64,000 nucleotides of DNA from NCBI GenBank assembly GCA_965368515.1, contig CBDUNF010000001.1, positions 4,265 to 68,264 on the forward strand. The letters are read 5' to 3'. This stretch comes from an uncultured bacterium (GTDB lineage Bacteria > Actinomycetota > Acidimicrobiia > Spongiisociales > UBA5794). Every line of letters begins with the position of its first letter. Within the stretch, counting starts at the first letter, position 1. Shown here piece after piece: positions 59,487-64,000 of the stretch. A program made the position numbers and the translations under genes. The notes below the pieces were generated by a model. It searched no databases, was not told the DNA's origin, and saw only the letters and a list, made by a program, of their open reading frames with translations.

Positions 59487-59774
59487 TTGCGTTCCTATGA
59501 GTTGATGATGATTCATCGTCCCGAGCTGGCCGAGCCCGATGTTCGGACTCTCGTCGGCGAGGTAGAAGGTGTCATCGCAAGTTCCGGTTCCGTAGAGGAC
59601 ACCGATTTTTGGGGCAAGCGTCGTTTTGCCTATGAGATCGATCACTTGAACGAGGGCTTCTACTCCGTCGTTACATTCGAAGCGGGCACCGAGATGGTCG
59701 AAACCCTTGACCGCGCCCTCGGGCTTCATGATGCCGTTATCCGGCACAAGATCACCCGCTCCGCCGGCAAGTAG
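59487..59774 (+). CDS. rpsF: 30S ribosomal protein S6 (TTG start)
   Basis: LRSYELMMIHRPEL...FYSVVTFEAG...DAVIRHKI S6 signature; AGGAGGTGA RBS 4-5 nt upstream of TTG. Confidence 0.85.
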   Translation: MRSYELMMIHRPELAEPDVRTLVGEVEGVIASSGSVEDTDFWGKRRFAYEIDHLNEGFYSVVTFEAGTEMVETLDRALGLHDAVIRHKITRSAGK

Positions 59775-59836
59775 AAAACTTGTCACCCTCGCCCTGCACA
59801 CTATGAACGAGTGCGCAGAGAGAAGAGAGATACGTA

Positions 59837-60307
59837 ATGAGTAACAACAGCGTGACATTGATCGGCAACCTCGTTGATGATCCGGAGCTTCGATTCACCC
59901 CGTCCGGTGTAGCCATGGCCAAGGTTCGTTTTGCGGTGAGCCGACGCTATCAAGACCGCAACCAGGAATGGCAGGAGGAGACCAGCTTCTTCGGCGGTAC
60001 CTGCTGGCGCGATATGGCCGAGAACGTCGCCGAGTCCCTGCAAAAGGGGATGCGGGTCATCGTGACCGGCCGGCTCGAGCAGCGTTCCTGGGAGAACCAA
60101 GAGGGCGAGAAGCGCTCGATGATCGAGGTCAGGATCGACGACATCGGCCCTTCGGTCCGATGGGCAACCGCATCGGTCACCCGTACCCCGCGCAGCGGTG
60201 GCACTGGTGACTGGGCCGGCAAGCAGAGTGGTGGCGGTGGTGGAGGCTCGGTACCACCGGCCCCTGTCGCCCGCGACGACTACGGCCCAGACGAAGCCCC
60301 TTTCTAA
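59837..60307 (+). CDS. ssb: single-stranded DNA-binding protein
   Basis: OB-fold SSB N-terminus (VTLIGNLVDDPELRFTPSG), Gly-rich tail ending in an acidic DEAPF. Confidence 0.9.
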   Translation: MSNNSVTLIGNLVDDPELRFTPSGVAMAKVRFAVSRRYQDRNQEWQEETSFFGGTCWRDMAENVAESLQKGMRVIVTGRLEQRSWENQEGEKRSMIEVRIDDIGPSVRWATASVTRTPRSGGTGDWAGKQSGGGGGGSVPPAPVARDDYGPDEAPF

Positions 60308-60337
60308 ACACTTTCACTTCCTCAGGAGGACAACAAT

Positions 60338-60604
60338 ATGCCCCCCAATACACGTAAGAAGCGTCGCCGTCCCTCGGCGGCAGACTCCCGTCGCCGTCCC
60401 AAGGTCTGTCAGTTCTGCAAGGAAAAGGCCGAGTTCGTCGACTACAAAGAGGTTGCGGTGCTCCGCAAGTTCATGTCCGACCGCGGCAAGATCCGCGCTC
60501 GTCGGGTGACCGGTCTCTGTCCGAAGCATCAGCGTGCGCTGGCGATCGCCATCAAGAACGCCCGCGAAATGGCGCTGCTGCCCTACATCTCGCAGAGGGG
60601 CTAA
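60338..60604 (+). CDS. rpsR: 30S ribosomal protein S18
   Basis: CQFCKEK...VDYKEV...[12 protein letters not shown]18 signature. Confidence 0.9.
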   Translation: MPPNTRKKRRRPSAADSRRRPKVCQFCKEKAEFVDYKEVAVLRKFMSDRGKIRARRVTGLCPKHQRALAIAIKNAREMALLPYISQRG

Positions 60605-61050
60605 TGAACGTCATACTGCTCAAGGACGTCGCCGATCTCGGCGGCAAGGGAGACATCGTTGATGTTTCCAAGGGATTTGCCCGCAACTACCTGCTGCCCA
60701 AGAAGTTGGCCATGAAGGCAACCGACGGTGCGATCAAGCAGGCCGACAAGCTGCGTCAGCAGCGCATCGAGAGCGAAGCCAAGCTCAAGGGCGCTGCGGA
60801 AGAGCTGGCCAGGAACCTGGTCGGTTCCCGCATCGTCATCGCGGCGCGGTCCGGCGATGAAGGCAAGCTATTCGGATCGGTCGGTACGCACGACATCGCC
60901 GAAGCGGTCAAGAAGTTCAGCGGTGTCGATGTTCCGAGCGCGATCATCGAGATCCCGAATGCAATCAAGGAGATCGGTCTGCACGAGGTGACGATGAAGC
61001 CGCATGAAGAAGTGGAATTCAGTGTCAGCCTCGACGTGATCCCCGCCTAG
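60604..61050 (+). CDS. rplI: 50S ribosomal protein L9
   Basis: [29 protein letters not shown]9 N-terminal signature. Confidence 0.9.
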   Translation: MNVILLKDVADLGGKGDIVDVSKGFARNYLLPKKLAMKATDGAIKQADKLRQQRIESEAKLKGAAEELARNLVGSRIVIAARSGDEGKLFGSVGTHDIAEAVKKFSGVDVPSAIIEIPNAIKEIGLHEVTMKPHEEVEFSVSLDVIPA

Positions 61051-61060
61051 GAGGCGCAAC

Positions 61061-62419
61061 ATGGCTTTGGGAATCGACGATCCCCGATCCGGTTCCCTGC
61101 GCGTTCCACCACACAGCGTCGAGGCCGAGGAGTCGGTCCTCGGCGCTGTTTTGTTGGACAGCGATGCTGCCAACGTTGCACTCGAGAAGCTTCACCCGGA
61201 CGATTTCTACCGACCCGCCCATCAAGCGATCTTTGATGGGGTACTTGCCCTGTTCAATAAGAACGAGCCCGTTGACGCTGTCACCGTTGCGGAGGAGCTA
61301 CGGCGTGCCGACATGCTGGAGAGGGTTGGCGGTCTCGGCTATCTCACGCAGCTCATCGAGGTGGTCCCGGCGACCTCCAACATCGAGCACTATGCGGCCA
61401 TCGTCGAAGAGCATGCGCTCCGGCGTCGGCTCATGAGAGTCGGCGGCGACATCGGCAAGCTGGCGACCGAAGTCGACCAACCAATTGCCGAGGTTGTCGA
61501 CAAGGCCGAGCAATCCGTTTACGCCGTGTCGGAGAAGCGTGTCGGCGAGGGGCTGGCCCTAATCGACCCGCTGTTGGGTCCTGCGATCGAGAGAGCGGAA
61601 GAGCTACACCGCCACGGTGCCGAGGTGACCGGTTTGTCAACGGGCCTGCGTGACTTGGATCGCAAGCTCGCCGGTCTGCACCCGGGCAACCTCATCATCG
61701 TTGCCGCTCGTCCCGGTATGGGGAAGTCGACGCTCGCCATCGGCATCGCACAGCATATTGCGGTTCAGGGCGATCCAGTTGCCATCTTCACGTTGGAGAT
61801 GGGTCGGGAAGAGATCGTCTCGAGGATGCTGTGTTCGCAGGGACGAATCGATTCACAACGGCTGCGTACCGGGCGTCTCACTGAGGGCGACTTCTCGAAA
61901 CTGTCCAACGCCGCCAACGTCCTATACAAGAAGCCGATCTACGTCGATGACTCCGCAGGATTGACCGTGACTGAGATCCGAGCCAAGTGCCGGCGTCTCA
62001 AGCGGCGGAGTGGTCTTGGTCTGGTAGTAGTTGACTACCTCCAGTTGATGCACGGCACCGCCGGCGAGAATCGCCAGCAGGAGATCGCCATCATCAGTCG
62101 CAGCCTCAAGAGCCTTGCCCGCGAGCTCGAGGTGCCGGTCATCGGTGTTTCCCAGCTCAATCGTTCTCTAGAACAACGTGAAGACAAGCGTCCCCGTCTT
62201 GGCGACCTACGGGAGTCCGGGGCCATCGAACAGGACGCTGACATCGTGCTGTTCATCTACCGCCACGAGTACTACCACCCCGAGGCGATCGAAACCAAAG
62301 GTATCGCCGAGGTCGCGATTGCTAAGCACAGACAGGGCTCAGTTGGTCGTGTCGACCTCACCTTCCTGCCCGAATTCACCCTCTTTTCCGACATGGGCCG
62401 CGACACCCCGGTTATTTAG
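61061..62419 (+). CDS. dnaB: replicative DNA helicase
   Basis: PHSVEAEESVLGAVLLD N-terminal domain; Walker A GMGKST; DnaB C-terminal RecA-like domain; 452 aa (no intein). Confidence 0.9.
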   Translation: MALGIDDPRSGSLRVPPHSVEAEESVLGAVLLDSDAANVALEKLHPDDFYRPAHQAIFDGVLALFNKNEPVDAVTVAEELRRADMLERVGGLGYLTQLIEVVPATSNIEHYAAIVEEHALRRRLMRVGGDIGKLATEVDQPIAEVVDKAEQSVYAVSEKRVGEGLALIDPLLGPAIERAEELHRHGAEVTGLSTGLRDLDRKLAGLHPGNLIIVAARPGMGKSTLAIGIAQHIAVQGDPVAIFTLEMGREEIVSRMLCSQGRIDSQRLRTGRLTEGDFSKLSNAANVLYKKPIYVDDSAGLTVTEIRAKCRRLKRRSGLGLVVVDYLQLMHGTAGENRQQEIAIISRSLKSLARELEVPVIGVSQLNRSLEQREDKRPRLGDLRESGAIEQDADIVLFIYRHEYYHPEAIETKGIAEVAIAKHRQGSVGRVDLTFLPEFTLFSDMGRDTPVI

Positions 62420-62431
62420 AGGTACGAACGC

Positions 62432-63172
62432 TTACTCGCCCCGTGGCGTTTTTGGTCGAAGCACGACAGCGTCGGCAGCTCCGCCGGCGCTGGTCAGCGA
62501 AGCCAGGATCGCATCGAACATCCGCATCCGGCCGGTCTCGACCTGACGCTCAGCGAGCTCGCGAGCTGCGTGGTGATTACCCTTGAGAAGGGCGTCGAGC
62601 AGGTCACGGTGCTCACCCGCATGCAGCGATATGTCATGGTCGATCTCGAAGCCCATCGACAGCAGACGCTGCATCTCGTCGAGGAGGCTGGCCAGGGAAG
62701 CAGCCAGGCGTTCACTTCCGGAGGCGCTCGCCAGGATCTCGTGAAAGCGGAGCACCTTCGCCACACTCTGCTCGTAGGTATCTTGGTCAGTGTCCTCCAC
62801 AAGCGTGCGCAGTTGTTGGAGCTGTTCGGGTGTCGCTCTGGTGGCTGCCAGTTCCGCGGCTGCCGGTTCGAGGATCTGACGGAGTTGGTAGATCTCCTGG
62901 ACATCGGCGAGGGTCACCTCGGTAACCCGGTATCCGTGTCTGGGCTGAACCTCGACAAACCCTTCGTGGATCAGCATGCCGAGTGCCCGCTTCACCGGTG
63001 TCTTGCTCATGTTGAGTCGTTCGGCGATGTCGCCCTCGATCACCCGCGTGCCGGGCGGCAGGATGCACCGCAGGATTTCATCACGAAGCACCTTATAGGC
63101 GGTTTCGGTAGCGCTGCGGCCCCTGGTGTCGGATTCTGATGTCTCCCCGAGAATTGCGCGATAGCTTGGCAT
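62432..63172 (-). CDS. GntR family transcriptional regulator (FadR/FCD subfamily)
   Basis: N-terminal winged HTH (IAERLNMSKTPVKRALGMLIHEGFV) plus all-helical FCD C-terminal domain. Confidence 0.8.
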   Translation of the reverse strand: MPSYRAILGETSESDTRGRSATETAYKVLRDEILRCILPPGTRVIEGDIAERLNMSKTPVKRALGMLIHEGFVEVQPRHGYRVTEVTLADVQEIYQLRQILEPAAAELAATRATPEQLQQLRTLVEDTDQDTYEQSVAKVLRFHEILASASGSERLAASLASLLDEMQRLLSMGFEIDHDISLHAGEHRDLLDALLKGNHHAARELAERQVETGRMRMFDAILASLTSAGGAADAVVLRPKTPRGE

Positions 63173-63445
63173 TTCAGTTTGACGCCTCTGATATTCTTTA
63201 ACTACGGTACAAAAGTCCTACAGAATGGCTCCTGCAGGTATTACAGGAGCCTGTCCCGGCAGAAGGATAGCGTTCTGAACACCAACGAATCAGGGATCAA
63301 CATAGGCGACACGGATCATGAACACGCCGACGGCGATGGTGCTGAGGCCCACACCCACACCGTCCAGGACGGTGACCACTCCCACGAGCACAACCATGAC
63401 CACGACCACGAGCACCCGACGGGTATCTGGGGTCGGATCAAGTCG

Positions 63446-64000
63446 ATGTATGCTCCCCATAGCCATGATGCCGCCGATTCGATAGATACCGCGCTCGAGT
63501 CGTCGGCCAAGGGAATACGGGCGGTCAAGATCTCACTGGTCGGCCTGATGTCAACCGCCATCGTCCAGGTTTTCATCGTGATCCTCACCGGATCGGTCGC
63601 TCTGCTGGCGGACACGATCCACAACTTCTCCGATGCGCTCACCTCGATTCCGTTGTGGATCGCATTCATTCTTGGACGCCGCGCTGCGACCAGCTCGTAC
63701 ACATACGGTTATCGCCGCGCAGAAGACCTGGCGGGTTTATTCATTGTGTTCATGATCGCTTTGTCGGCGGTATTAGCTGCATGGGAGTCCATCGACCGGC
63801 TGTTCAATCCACAGGATGTCGAGAATCTGTGGCTAGTTGCTGTCGCCGCGATCGTCGGGTTCATCGGTAATGAGATCGTTGCCATCTACCGCATACGGGT
63901 CGGGCGGTCCATTGGTTCCGCGGCCCTCGTCGCTGATGGATACCACGCCAGAACTGATGGGTTGACCTCGCTTGCCGTGCTCTTTGGTGCGATCGGGGTC
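63446..64000 (+). CDS. cation diffusion facilitator (CDF) family metal transporter, 5' partial at window edge (ATG 63446; a His-rich in-frame segment lies upstream without a canonical start)
   Basis: CDF TM blocks (LADTIHNFSDALTS, GYRRAEDLAG); runs off the window end; in-frame upstream His-rich stretch HEHADGDGAEAHTHT...HSHEHNHDHDHEH. Confidence 0.55.
   Translation, partial: MYAPHSHDAADSIDTALESSAKGIRAVKISLVGLMSTAIVQVFIVILTGSVALLADTIHNFSDALTSIPLWIAFILGRRAATSSYTYGYRRAEDLAGLFIVFMIALSAVLAAWESIDRLFNPQDVENLWLVAVAAIVGFIGNEIVAIYRIRVGRSIGSAALVADGYHARTDGLTSLAVLFGAIGV

Noticed and set aside
1-64000. Mobile elements, prophage, CRISPR, tRNA/rRNA
   Set aside because: No transposase, integrase, phage structural or Cas-like ORFs. 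No direct-repeat/spacer arrays. No cloverleaf-like or rRNA-like segments found by eye. The only repeats are the 14-bp operator (x5) and the 49-bp element (x2).

Overview
High-GC (~65-70%) actinobacterial-type chromosomal window, densely coding on both strands, with no obvious mobile elements, rRNA/tRNA genes or CRISPR arrays. It is dominated by carbohydrate catabolism genes.

(i) 1-17.3 kb: a divergent sugar ABC transporter plus a 2-hydroxyacid dehydrogenase / Fsa-type aldolase / AraA-like isomerase / archaeal-type (type II) GAPDH / Gfo-Idh-MocA / split SAF+UxaA dehydratase / Ldh_2 cluster. This may be an uncharacterised sugar or sugar-acid pathway.

(ii) 18.9-33.8 kb and 45.4-51.3 kb: three inositol-catabolism (iol) gene sets. 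They comprise iolB, iolG, an iolE-like gene, an inositol-type ABC transporter, iolD, iolC, a second iolB, a LacD-like aldolase, several Gfo/Idh/MocA and SDR oxidoreductases, an HpcH aldolase and a gluconolactonase. All are preceded by the same 14-bp palindrome TTGGAACGTTCCAA (5 copies), which fits a LacI-family operator. A LacI-family regulator gene sits divergently next to one copy. I take this to be one dispersed regulon.

(iii) 36.7-42.4 kb: an mrp Na+/H+ antiporter operon (A, B, C, D, F, then a fused G-E gene) downstream of a small HTH regulator and an AT-rich control region. It is followed by a CPA2 antiporter, a universal stress protein, an amino-acid ABC transporter, and the conserved rpsF-ssb-rpsR-rplI-dnaB cluster.

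Other notable points: a ~49-bp near-identical repeat present twice, 16.5 kb apart; a multiply frameshifted MBL-fold (ODP/flavodiiron-like) gene followed by a histidine-kinase fragment (HisKA only) that reads in frame into rpsF; two paralogous ACT-like small proteins embedded in iol operons; and strong hairpin terminators between substrate-binding-protein and permease genes.

All functional calls are from motif and family recognition by eye. No database searches were run.
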